Source: a virus
Virus record (IMG/VR): IMGVR_UViG_3300027905_000001
Location: 15,362 to 79,361 of that record
Reading direction: 5' to 3' (one strand)
DNA: 64,000 bases
Shown here: one piece after another, positions 18,688-27,318 of the stretch
Position numbering within the stretch: the stretch's first letter is position 1
Layout: each line of letters starts with the position of its first letter
Translations under genes and position numbers: made by a program
Notes under the pieces: generated by a model
Told to the model about the DNA's origin: nothing
The model's input: the letters and a program-made list of their open reading frames with translations, nothing else
Databases searched by the model: none

Positions 18688-19383
18688 CTATTGTCCTATT
18701 GGTTCGCTTATTTTCTCGAATTCCAGTACATACACCCACGGATTTAAGCCCCATCCGTAGCCTCGTTTTTTGTTTAAATTATCCCAAAGTTCACTAAATG
18801 CATCCCTGGCCGTGAGATCAAATTCGGCAACATCGTCAAATTTTCCATCACCTATTTTGTCGTGAAAATCAATACAACCTTCGCTTCTTGCGTCTTCCTC
18901 AGTTATGATCTGCAACCTCTCGGCTCTAATATTTGTCACCTTCAGGAATAACCTAGCGGCTTTGCGTGGCATATAGATCGATGGCCGCCAGTAGTTAAAA
19001 TGCTCAGGGTTATCATCTGCCCTGTATACTATTGGGCAACCTTCAAAATCGTCGATATCAAGTTTTCCAGTTACTACCCGATAGTCCATATCAAGCTGTG
19101 ACCACGTTTCTCGAACCCAAAGGATATCTCCGACATCACGGGGTATTTTGCAATAATGACTTACCCGCCCATTATCCGACTCCCAGCACACGCACCCCTC
19201 GTTTTTGGAATTTGTCGAACTCGTGATTCTGCCAATAATATGATAATTTTCAGGCGGTTGATATTTAACTACTCGCCTTGTTTGAGTTTTCCTCCCTTCC
19301 AGAATCGCATTAATGGACTCACTAGAAAAAATTATCGGCTTTTCTTTAATCATTTTTTGCTCCTTTCTAGGCCCTCTATCCAT
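18688..19383 (-). CDS. ASCH/PUA-like domain protein (putative)
   Basis: IIFSSESINAILEGRKTQTRR ... GDILWVRETW; assignment from memory. Confidence 0.35.
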   Translation of the reverse strand: MDRGPRKEQKMIKEKPIIFSSESINAILEGRKTQTRRVVKYQPPENYHIIGRITSSTNSKNEGCVCWESDNGRVSHYCKIPRDVGDILWVRETWSQLDMDYRVVTGKLDIDDFEGCPIVYRADDNPEHFNYWRPSIYMPRKAARLFLKVTNIRAERLQIITEEDARSEGCIDFHDKIGDGKFDDVAEFDLTARDAFSELWDNLNKKRGYGWGLNPWVYVLEFEKISEPIGQ

Positions 19384-19469
19384 CTCGCCTTATAGTTTTG
19401 TACCTATTTTAATTTATCCAAGCCCTAGCACCACTCTATGGCCCTCTCATAGGATTATGCTCACTCCCA

Positions 19470-20129
19470 TCATGCGCGGATTACTCGCAATAACATCTCC
19501 TCAAATTCAATCTCCCTCAGCTCTCGAAGCGACCTTATGTTATCTCCCACGACAACCCATGCTTGCTTTATTTTTTCTTCAAGGCCAAAGTTCTCGTCAA
19601 TATTTGCCATGATTCTGTCCATGACTTCTTCCGTTTCCTCGACTTCTCGCGCGGTCCATGTTGGTTCTGGTTCGGCTAGGTCGCCAACATCATGATACAA
19701 ATATGATTCATCCTCAACTTTTTCGTCGAAACATTCTGCTTCATATGTCCCGTAACATTCTGAAACTTCGCTTTGTGATGTTTTAGGTTCGACTTTACCA
19801 ACTTCCGCACAATCATCCACCCCCTCACTCTCCAACGCCTCAGACACATCTTCTCGCTCTTCTACGGCAACCTCAGCCACTTCCTCCGCACTCTCTTTAA
19901 CTTGCTCGATGACCACCTTTCTTATCTTGATCTTCGCGTTAGCCTCCAACCCTTTTTTAAGCAAATAAGCTACACTTGTGCTAACGTCATACTTTCGCGC
20001 TACGTCGATGGTTAGCCCAATCGCGTTAAACTGTTCTATTGTTGTTATTTCTGCTCGCAATTTGTTTGCATTTTCAGATATTTTTGACATGTTCAGCCTC
20101 CTCATTCTTGTTATAGTTGCGTTTTCCAT
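19470..20129 (-). CDS. Acidic hypothetical protein with N-terminal HTH-like segment
   Basis: Track ORF. Confidence 0.4.
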   Translation of the reverse strand: MENATITRMRRLNMSKISENANKLRAEITTIEQFNAIGLTIDVARKYDVSTSVAYLLKKGLEANAKIKIRKVVIEQVKESAEEVAEVAVEEREDVSEALESEGVDDCAEVGKVEPKTSQSEVSECYGTYEAECFDEKVEDESYLYHDVGDLAEPEPTWTAREVEETEEVMDRIMANIDENFGLEEKIKQAWVVVGDNIRSLRELREIEFEEMLLRVIRA

Positions 20130-20340
20130 TGTCTGAGTATCCTAATTCGTCCCAATCGAAGATACCCACGTTCGAGCCCATGTCATGTTTGGCTCTAAAA
20201 TTGCAGATCCTTTTGGTGTTGCATCGTAATTCCTCCGCTATTTGCCTGTCTGTAAGTCCGTTTAGCCATAGTTGCTCGATAGCTTCAGCTTCCATAGGGC
20301 TTATTGATTGTGCCATTTTCATTTTGTACCTCCCTAACAA
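20074..20340 (-). CDS. Small HTH protein (sigma-70 region-4 / LuxR-like)
   Basis: LTDRQIAEELRCNTKRI. Confidence 0.4.
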   Translation of the reverse strand: MLGRYKMKMAQSISPMEAEAIEQLWLNGLTDRQIAEELRCNTKRICNFRAKHDMGSNVGIFDWDELGYSDNGKRNYNKNEEAEHVKNI

Positions 20341-20668
20341 GTTTTACTCCATAAAAATCCATCAACTTCGCACATGTAGGGCAAGGTATAGGATCAACCT
20401 CATCAGCGCATACTAGATACAACTCTGCACCTTCAAGGCTTTCCCTCGCATTAATGAGTGCCATTTGCTCTGCATGCACACTAGAACATTCGGCGTAATC
20501 TCCTACGTTATGCTCTATATCCAATCTGGAGCACGTAACGCATGTTGTAGGGCTTGTATTCCATCCCTTTGATATAATCTGACCATGCAGGACGATTACG
20601 CATGCGTAGCGACGCTTGAGGCAGTTCGAGCAGGGTAATAGTTTTCGTGCTTCGTCGAAGTAGTTCAA
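20285..20668 (-). CDS. Cytidine/dCMP deaminase-fold zinc enzyme
   Basis: VHAEQ (H-A-E) and PCPTC (PCxxC) about 28 residues apart; start overlaps radical-SAM stop by 4 nt. Confidence 0.6.
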   Translation of the reverse strand: MNYFDEARKLLPCSNCLKRRYACVIVLHGQIISKGWNTSPTTCVTCSRLDIEHNVGDYAECSSVHAEQMALINARESLEGAELYLVCADEVDPIPCPTCAKLMDFYGVKLVREVQNENGTINKPYGS

Positions 20669-21390
20669 ATGTTACCCTCCATAGCTTTTCTCAAATCATC
20701 CTTGATGTAATAATTGCACCCGTGCATCTTAAGTACCATTTCGACATTCTCGCCAGTCTGTTTCCAGTCAATCTGATTCGCTCTTGAATCGTAATTCCAG
20801 CGACCAACTTTCCAAAGGTCAACGTGTTTATGGAGAATATGGATAAAGTCAAGTGCATCGGCAGGAATGATGATAGGCTCAAGACTTACCCATGTTTTTA
20901 TTCCAAGCGTTCTTGCCGTTATGATGGCAGCTATTCGATCATCTACGGGTGCTGCGCCTTTTTCCCACCGTTCAGAGCATTTGCGGACAGTCAAGGTTGT
21001 CCCGAACGAATCACCCTTTTCGTACAAGCTAAAATCTCTACTCGCCCTCATGCCGCCTTTTGTTAGAACGGTGAAGTTTGCTCCTGCGTTTTTGATGGCT
21101 TCGATAATTTCTTTGGTTGGAGTTGTGTCAATATCGCAATAAGGATCTGTTGAAAAGCATAGAAGGATATTCTTGCCTTTGAACTTACCGCTTGATAATT
21201 GCTTTTTGGTCGCTTCAACTATTCCTTCGCGCGGTTTAACGTCAGCGAAATCTTCGTTTGGTTTCCATCTGTCGTGCATCTTTTTGGCAAAGCAATAAGT
21301 ACATAAATGTGAACATCCCTCGTAGATATTAAGAGCTAAGGGTGCATATTCAAGAGCTTTTCCGCTCGGCTTATAAATCGGATTGATCAT
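20665..21390 (-). CDS. Radical SAM enzyme (SplB/COG1533-like N-terminus)
   Basis: CxxxCxxC within LNIYEGCSHLCTYCFAKK. Confidence 0.65.
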   Translation of the reverse strand: MINPIYKPSGKALEYAPLALNIYEGCSHLCTYCFAKKMHDRWKPNEDFADVKPREGIVEATKKQLSSGKFKGKNILLCFSTDPYCDIDTTPTKEIIEAIKNAGANFTVLTKGGMRASRDFSLYEKGDSFGTTLTVRKCSERWEKGAAPVDDRIAAIITARTLGIKTWVSLEPIIIPADALDFIHILHKHVDLWKVGRWNYDSRANQIDWKQTGENVEMVLKMHGCNYYIKDDLRKAMEGNI

Positions 21391-21405
21391 ATTCTTCCTC
21401 CTCTA

Positions 21406-21588
21406 TTAGTCCCTATAGGCTTTTATACACTTCCCGATATCCATTTGCGTACCTGCACTTTTTGCAAGAACTGAACCCACTAACACGGAATCAAGGAATT
21501 CCCTAGCCTTCTTAGCTTCGTCGGGCGTTAGGTAATCTCTATATGTTTTTCGTGGCTTTTTGAATTGTCGGGCTGTTTTACCGAGCAT
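21406..21588 (-). CDS. Hypothetical small protein
   Basis: Track ORF. Confidence 0.3.
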   Translation of the reverse strand: MLGKTARQFKKPRKTYRDYLTPDEAKKAREFLDSVLVGSVLAKSAGTQMDIGKCIKAYRD

Positions 21589-21600
21589 GGCTTGCCCCTC

Positions 21601-22455
21601 CTAATCTTTTTTTGTCCTGTGGTCAAAATCTTTGGCAAATAATAAATGATCTACCGTCATGCCTAAAATCCTAGATACTGTAGCCTCGCCGTAATCTCCT
21701 AATCTTTCTTCAAGTGGTTTGGGGTAGTAGTTCGTCGTAAACCCCGTCAATAGATTGGCGCGATACCTTAGATCAATCAGCCGGTAATACATCGCTTGCA
21801 CCCATTCTGTGGGTTTTTCCTTGCCGACATCGTCCAAGATCAGAGCTTGAGCCTTGGCTAAAGTTTCAATCTTTGCCTCCATGCCACTTTCGTTTTTCCT
21901 GAACTGAGCATCCCTTAACTCTGCAAGTAAGTCGGCAGACGATACAAACACAACCTGCACCCCTTTATCAAGCATGTCCTTGGCGATAATGCTGGCTAAC
22001 ATCGTTTTCCCTACTCCTGGATTTCCGAGCAATAAAAACCCTTTGGCGTCCGATTCACTTTTGATTAATTCAGGCCATAGCTTTAAGTAATTAATTACAC
22101 CCTTGTGCATGTTTCGGTTTCCGTCGTTGACTTTATAATTAGCAAGGCTGTATCTGAGCTGTTGAGATGTTAGCCCGGATGATTTTAGTTTTCTGGCCGC
22201 GTTCTTCTTAATCTTACAAACACACTCCTTGTAAAGCGTTAGTCCGTATAAGTCTTTTTCATCAGTGGCAACTATCTCCCGATCTTCACAATCAGAGCAG
22301 TTATATTTCTTTTCGACAGGTTTTAAACTGTATCCAGATGTTCCAGTGTTGAAAAGGTTAAGTCTGTTCCTAACTTCTTCCTCTGAGGATTTCGGAGAGT
22401 ATGGGGTCCGTTTCCCAAGGTTTAGAATCTCCTTGATCGATTGAATTGCTTCCAG
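21601..22455 (-). CDS. DnaC/IstB-like AAA+ helicase loader; canonical start missing
   Basis: Walker A GNPGVGKT, Walker B LILDD; first ATG at 22110, but frame stays open upstream to 22477 with no ATG/GTG/TTG; AGGGAGG precedes CTG at 22455. Confidence 0.6.
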   Translation of the reverse strand: MEAIQSIKEILNLGKRTPYSPKSSEEEVRNRLNLFNTGTSGYSLKPVEKKYNCSDCEDREIVATDEKDLYGLTLYKECVCKIKKNAARKLKSSGLTSQQLRYSLANYKVNDGNRNMHKGVINYLKLWPELIKSESDAKGFLLLGNPGVGKTMLASIIAKDMLDKGVQVVFVSSADLLAELRDAQFRKNESGMEAKIETLAKAQALILDDVGKEKPTEWVQAMYYRLIDLRYRANLLTGFTTNYYPKPLEERLGDYGEATVSRILGMTVDHLLFAKDFDHRTKKD

Positions 22456-23290
22456 TTTTGTTACCTCCCTTGGCTTTTAAGTTCTTGCCCCATTTAACAC
22501 AATTTCCCAGCCACGTATTAATCTGTGATCTTGGTTTACTTTTTACATCAAGCGGCTTATCTAGTTTGTCGAAAGACCAGTCCTTAATCGCTCCCAAGAT
22601 ATCTATGGTTGGGTATCGTTCTTGAAGCTCTCGGTACATTTTCAATTCCTTCGCCCTGTCAATCGGATAATCCTTAACTTTTTCAAGTGTGCGAATTAGG
22701 TCTATTTCATCAGGCAGAAGAATGAGATCATTTTCTTTTCTTTCTTTTACTTCCTTTCCTTTACTATTCTCTTCTTTAGGGATTTCTGTAGGAAATAATC
22801 CATCTTCAAGAGGATTAATGTCTACATTAACTACAGATGGTAGGTTGTTACCGTCAACATAAACCATATTTACAGTAAAATTATCAGTTTGCTTAGGTGG
22901 AGAAATAAGTAGATATTCAGATATGAGCGTTATCTCTTTGCGTCTTTCTACAGATTTGAAGTATCTTTTTTGGATTCCTCCGCTAGTAAGTATTTCGTAT
23001 TTTAGATACAAGGATGAATTGAAAAATTCCCACTTAATGCAATCAGAAACTATCTCGGTGATAATATTAATGTCTACATTAACCTTACTGGAGAGTAGTA
23101 ATTGTTCGCGCTCTGTCCATTTATAGAAATATCCTTCCTTATATATTTTCATAAGAAGTTTGATTAAAACCGCAAATCCAGTGATCTTATGCTTTGCTTC
23201 AATAAGCAAAACTTTGTCGTCTTGGTCCATGTCAATATCGAGGGGAAAATAATCCAATCCCTCTTTTTGCGGTCTTGCCAAGTCATTCAC
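22370..23290 (-). CDS. Replication initiation / replisome-organiser protein (DnaD-like)
   Basis: N-terminal DYFPLDIDMDQDDKVLLIEAKHKITGFAVLIKLL typical of phage replisome organisers. Confidence 0.55.
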   Translation of the reverse strand: MNDLARPQKEGLDYFPLDIDMDQDDKVLLIEAKHKITGFAVLIKLLMKIYKEGYFYKWTEREQLLLSSKVNVDINIITEIVSDCIKWEFFNSSLYLKYEILTSGGIQKRYFKSVERRKEITLISEYLLISPPKQTDNFTVNMVYVDGNNLPSVVNVDINPLEDGLFPTEIPKEENSKGKEVKERKENDLILLPDEIDLIRTLEKVKDYPIDRAKELKMYRELQERYPTIDILGAIKDWSFDKLDKPLDVKSKPRSQINTWLGNCVKWGKNLKAKGGNKTGSNSIDQGDSKPWETDPILSEILRGRS

Positions 23291-23501
23291 CTTCCACTAA
23301 AGAAAAAATATCATCATATGGAATATCAAGCTCCTCAGCTATCTTCTTGGCTGTAGCAGGACTAGGGTTGAATCTGCCCTTTTCGATTGCATAAATACTT
23401 TCCTTGGACACTCCAACCTTCTTGGCTAAATCTGCAATTGACACGCCTTTTCTTATCCTTAACTCCGCTAATTTAGCTCGGTCGGTTTTAATTTTTAACA
23501 C
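23283..23501 (-). CDS. HTH XRE-family transcriptional regulator
   Basis: ELRIRKGVSIADLAKKVGVSKESIYAIEKG. Confidence 0.65.
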   Translation of the reverse strand: MLKIKTDRAKLAELRIRKGVSIADLAKKVGVSKESIYAIEKGRFNPSPATAKKIAEELDIPYDDIFSLVEGE

Positions 23502-23581
23502 TTACTTACCTCCGTTTCCTTAATCATCCTACTTATACATTATAACATATACTTGTACAAGTAACAATCAATAGGTATAAA

Positions 23582-23610
23582 TTGAAATAACTTTGTGTAG
23601 ACTGTATAAT
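23582..23610 (+). promoter_or_regulatory. Sigma-A-type promoter (TTGAAA-17-TGTATAAT)
   Basis: Extended -10 TGn at 23602-23604. Confidence 0.6.
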
Positions 23611-23631
23611 ACAAAGTTGGGAGGAGATATT

Positions 23632-23811
23632 ATGACTGGCGAATTAAGAAATAGAGAACGTTTTGGCGCTGCTTATGATAAAGATTTACTGGCCGGATTA
23701 CGCAAATTATCAAAAGATACACGAATTCCAGCCAGTAAGTTGATTGATGAGGCGTTAGAGGATTTATTGAAAAAATATGGAGTTGAGGTGAAGAGAGAAA
23801 GCCAGGAGTGA
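23632..23811 (+). CDS. Ribbon-helix-helix-like small regulator, paralog of 17470-17631
   Basis: RBS GGGAGGAG; antisense orientation. Confidence 0.5.
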   Translation: MTGELRNRERFGAAYDKDLLAGLRKLSKDTRIPASKLIDEALEDLLKKYGVEVKRESQE

Positions 23812-23829
23812 TTCCCTGGCTATTTTTTT
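23800..23829. terminator. Hairpin terminator between convergent genes
   Basis: agccagg/cctggct stem followed by TTTTTTT. Confidence 0.55.
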
Positions 23830-23852
23830 ACTCCCAATACATCTGACTTTTC

Positions 23853-25079
23853 TTACTCGACCCCTATTCTAGCCCTTGCAATACCCGCATAAGCTTTTTC
23901 TTTGTCAATTCCGATAAAATGGCAACCTACACCCTTTGCGGCCAATGCGGTTGTGCCTGATCCAATAAAGGGGTCTAGCACCGTACCGCCTTGAGGTGTG
24001 ACAAGTTTAATTAAGTACTTCATGAGATCAAGGGGCTTTACGGTAGGGTGATTATTACCTTCGCCCCGTTCCCTCTTGGAGGCCTTAGCACAATAAAAGA
24101 ATCTACTTGCCCCTCCCGAATCGCCATAACTAATCATTTCCGTTCCCTCTGGACGACTTTCTCTTGCGTAAGCATTAGCCTGATAACCTTTACTTGATAC
24201 TCCCTTTTTAGCTCCAGTTCCACTTTTCAGTATGCCTGTTTGCTCATCCAGAACTGCAGCTGCTACTTCATCAAAAATTATGTTTGCGGGAAATCTTCCC
24301 AATGGATTACTTTGGCTTTCTGTTAAGTTGGTTCCCTTTCCGTTTCCATATACTGTATTTGGTGTACGTGGTGGTCTACCTCTATCGTCATTGGTCCCTA
24401 TTCGGCTATCGTTGATATTGATCCCACCTGTTCCCCATTTAAGAACATTAGCCGCCACTGTCTTTTCGCTTAATGGTTTTCTGGCAACTACAATAGGTTC
24501 ATGCGCAGGTTTTAGAGCCGTACCCCAACCGTCCCATTGCTTTGCTTCATCAGTTTGAGCATCTAGATCGAATGTTCCACCCAACTCATACGATGCTGGC
24601 CTATCTCCCTGCTCTAAATGGATGTTATTGAAACCCATCCCTTGCTGCTGAAAATTAGTCTTTTCCAGCTTGCAGTAATCCTTTGTATTAGCTGACCCGT
24701 AAAGCAGTTTACCTTCAATACCCTTGGCAATGTTGTAAGACTTAGGGAATCCACTGCCATAAATCCACATGATCTGATCCCTGATCTCGAATCCAGCGTC
24801 TTCAATAGCACAAGCCATTCGGTGGTATGTTCTGCTCCCACCGAAGGATAGTAGATATCCCCCAGGCTTTAGTACACGTAAAAATTCTTTCCACATTGCA
24901 ACGTTGTAGGCAATTCCGGTATTGTCCCAAGACTTCCCCATGAATCCCAATTCATAAGGCGCATCCGTTACGCCAGAATCTATACTATTTGCGGGTATTC
25001 CCTTCATAACTTCCAGGCAGTCACCTAAAATAATTGAATCAAGCAAACTTTTACCCCTCCCTTTACTCAGCCTGTCCAC
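23853..25079 (-). CDS. DNA methyltransferase (N6-adenine / N4-cytosine beta-class)
   Basis: N-terminal TDAPY (DPPY-like) and C-terminal VLDPFIGSGTT (FxGxG), in beta-class order. Confidence 0.65.
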   Translation of the reverse strand: MDRLSKGRGKSLLDSIILGDCLEVMKGIPANSIDSGVTDAPYELGFMGKSWDNTGIAYNVAMWKEFLRVLKPGGYLLSFGGSRTYHRMACAIEDAGFEIRDQIMWIYGSGFPKSYNIAKGIEGKLLYGSANTKDYCKLEKTNFQQQGMGFNNIHLEQGDRPASYELGGTFDLDAQTDEAKQWDGWGTALKPAHEPIVVARKPLSEKTVAANVLKWGTGGININDSRIGTNDDRGRPPRTPNTVYGNGKGTNLTESQSNPLGRFPANIIFDEVAAAVLDEQTGILKSGTGAKKGVSSKGYQANAYARESRPEGTEMISYGDSGGASRFFYCAKASKRERGEGNNHPTVKPLDLMKYLIKLVTPQGGTVLDPFIGSGTTALAAKGVGCHFIGIDKEKAYAGIARARIGVE

Positions 25080-25162
25080 CCAGCATCAATAACCCATCCA
25101 ACTTATAGATAAAATAATCCTTCTGCTCCTTTTTGTTTTTATTCAAATGCCCAGCTTTGGCA

Positions 25163-25531
25163 TTATTCTATGAACCATTTACCGTACTTTAATTTTTGTC
25201 TAGTTACCGTCCATGTTCGCTCATTATCCTGCAAGCACTGATTGTCGGTATCCCTACCACGATAAGTACTTTTATCATTACCGCTCAATGTAACTATGAC
25301 AGTTTTACCTTCGATCCATGCCGAAAGAGCTTCTTGCCAAGTGACTTCTTGAGGCACCGGCTCCCAATCCTCATCAAATAGCAGCTGTGTAGGCTCGTCG
25401 GTTGATCCTTGTCTCTGGAGCCTCTTGAATGAATTAAAGAAATATATTTCCCCGTTCTTCATCCTTTTATAAGGAGTTATTGCTTCTGGATTATTTAAGG
25501 CAAGTGTATATAATTCTCCAGTTTTAAGCAT
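25163..25531 (-). CDS. Hypothetical protein
   Basis: Track ORF. Confidence 0.4.
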   Translation of the reverse strand: MLKTGELYTLALNNPEAITPYKRMKNGEIYFFNSFKRLQRQGSTDEPTQLLFDEDWEPVPQEVTWQEALSAWIEGKTVIVTLSGNDKSTYRGRDTDNQCLQDNERTWTVTRQKLKYGKWFIE

Positions 25532-25563
25532 TTAATCACACTCATTTCTCTCTATTATTATCT

Positions 25564-26210
25564 CTAAATGTAATCATTCACGTTTTTCCTAAACAATCCA
25601 CCCATACTCTTCTGCCATACTGACTTATTATTTTTGCCAATTTCCTGCTTGGTCATGACAGGTTTTGTCGCTGCTTCGAGTTCTGGCATGCCGGATTTTA
25701 TTCTGGCGTTGAAGCATTTCCTTGAGATGTTATTGGATTGTGCGAGTTGGATGTAGCTCGTGGTCATAAGGCGCATCTCTTGGAAAATCTAGTATCAATT
25801 GGAGTAGTGGCTGCTATTTCGGCGCTCCATCCCCTGCCCATTCTGGTAACAAAAGTACCCTTTGATATTCCGTTTCTCACAGCTATGTCCTCATATTCCT
25901 TGGGATATTTGCGCTTCTTTTCAGCCATGATCTTAATGATCGTATCTCGCTCAATAGAAGGTATCTCTGACGCTTCTTTAGGTGACATGCCCCCTCTCGT
26001 TACGCGAGAATAAAACAATGACCTGCTTATGCCGTTTCGTTCTGCTATGATTAGCCATTCACCCCATTTGTGGTAGTTGACAGGGGTTGTTATAGCTCGC
26101 TCAATACTCCACGCTAGGTCACGCACTCTTGCTGTGACTACTCTTTCGTTGATGCCATTTTGTGCCGCCATAGCATACTTGTCAGGATTGATATAGAAGG
26201 AGTAAGACAT
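25564..26210 (-). pseudogene. Protein with four HTH-like repeats (NGIS...GWS...TTP), split by a -1 frameshift
   Basis: Fourth repeat LAQSNNISRKCFNARIKSG continues in the second frame; shift maps to a T4 run near 25785. Confidence 0.45.
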
Positions 26211-26261
26211 ATTTACCTGCTTTGATTAATGGGGCGGCCTTTCAACCGCCCCTATATTTAA

Positions 26262-26501
26262 TTACTCAATCACTATGACCTTGCCTGATTCTAGCCACGT
26301 TTTTACACCTTCACATTCCGAACCTCCATTTATAGATTCATAGAGGTATCCTTCGCAAAAACCATCGCCATCGTCACAGTTTTTGCAACCAAAGCAGTAT
26401 TCTTCGGTTACTTCCCAGCACTCAGGATGGAGATGTACGCTAGATACTGTTCTGCCATCTGTTGATACCCACTCGACAGACTTGCTTCCTTTTTCAATCA
26501 T
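26262..26501 (-). CDS. Cys-rich small protein
   Basis: Track ORF. Confidence 0.35.
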   Translation of the reverse strand: MIEKGSKSVEWVSTDGRTVSSVHLHPECWEVTEEYCFGCKNCDDGDGFCEGYLYESINGGSECEGVKTWLESGKVIVIE

Positions 26502-26625
26502 CTCATTGCACGCGAAACATCGTCGGGTCTTTCTGGTCCTTAAAATAGGTGAGCTCCTTATAAATGTGGCTATTTTACTCCCTCCTCGAATGAGGCAAGT
26601 GTGAGTTGCCGTTGTGTTTGGTTAC

Positions 26626-27219
26626 TTAAAAAGGATAAAGTTCTAGTGGAATATTTCTTCCAGCCTCCGCGATTACAACAATTTTTCCTGTCAACTCTTC
26701 GATTTCTCTAACCATTCTTTCTGCGTTGGAATTGCTGTCTGATAAATGAAGTAGCACTATCTTCTTCACTTGCGACAAATCATTAGCTCGCAAAAACTCT
26801 TTGACATGCTCAAGTGAAAAATGGCTTTCGAGTAGTCGGTTTTTCATGCTTTGGGGGATGTAGCCAGCTTCAATGTTTGCGTCAAGGGTATCTTTGCAGT
26901 AGTTTGATTCTACAAGGATATAATTTAGTGAATTAAAACGATTGCGAATATAGTAGGTATCCGTACAAAAAATAAGTTTTTCGCTGGTTGGTTTGTATTG
27001 AATTAGGTAGCCGAAAGGCTGATCGCAATCATGTTGAGTGTCGAACGGTAAAACGATGAAATCTCCAACTTGAAACTGTACGCCAGCGTCAACCATTTGT
27101 GTTCTGTGGCTCTGAGATATGCCTATTTGCTTGGCTGTTCCGGAAGAGGTATAAATATCTACACCCGCCTTAATAACGTCCTTTGCGCTTCGTGAATGGT
27201 CAAAGATGTTCGTGGGTTA
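26626..27219 (-). pseudogene. MBL-fold (YycJ-like) metallo-hydrolase missing its N-terminus
   Basis: Frame open 37 codons upstream of first ATG (27096) with no RBS; starts ...NIFDHSRS where HxHxDH is expected; downstream blocks ESHFSLEH, LLHLSDSNSN. Confidence 0.5.
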
Positions 27220-27318
27220 TTAGGCACCCACGGATACGAGATAGATTAAAATCTAGGGATTGTTGTATTTTTTTAAAAGAAACTCCACATTCAATTAAAA
27301 GAGAACCGGTGTCGCTTT

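Noticed and set aside
17470-23811. Ribbon-helix-helix genes as type II antitoxins
   Set aside because: No adjacent toxin-like ORF on the same strand; each gene is monocistronic between a promoter and a terminator, so a regulator role is more parsimonious, though not excluded.
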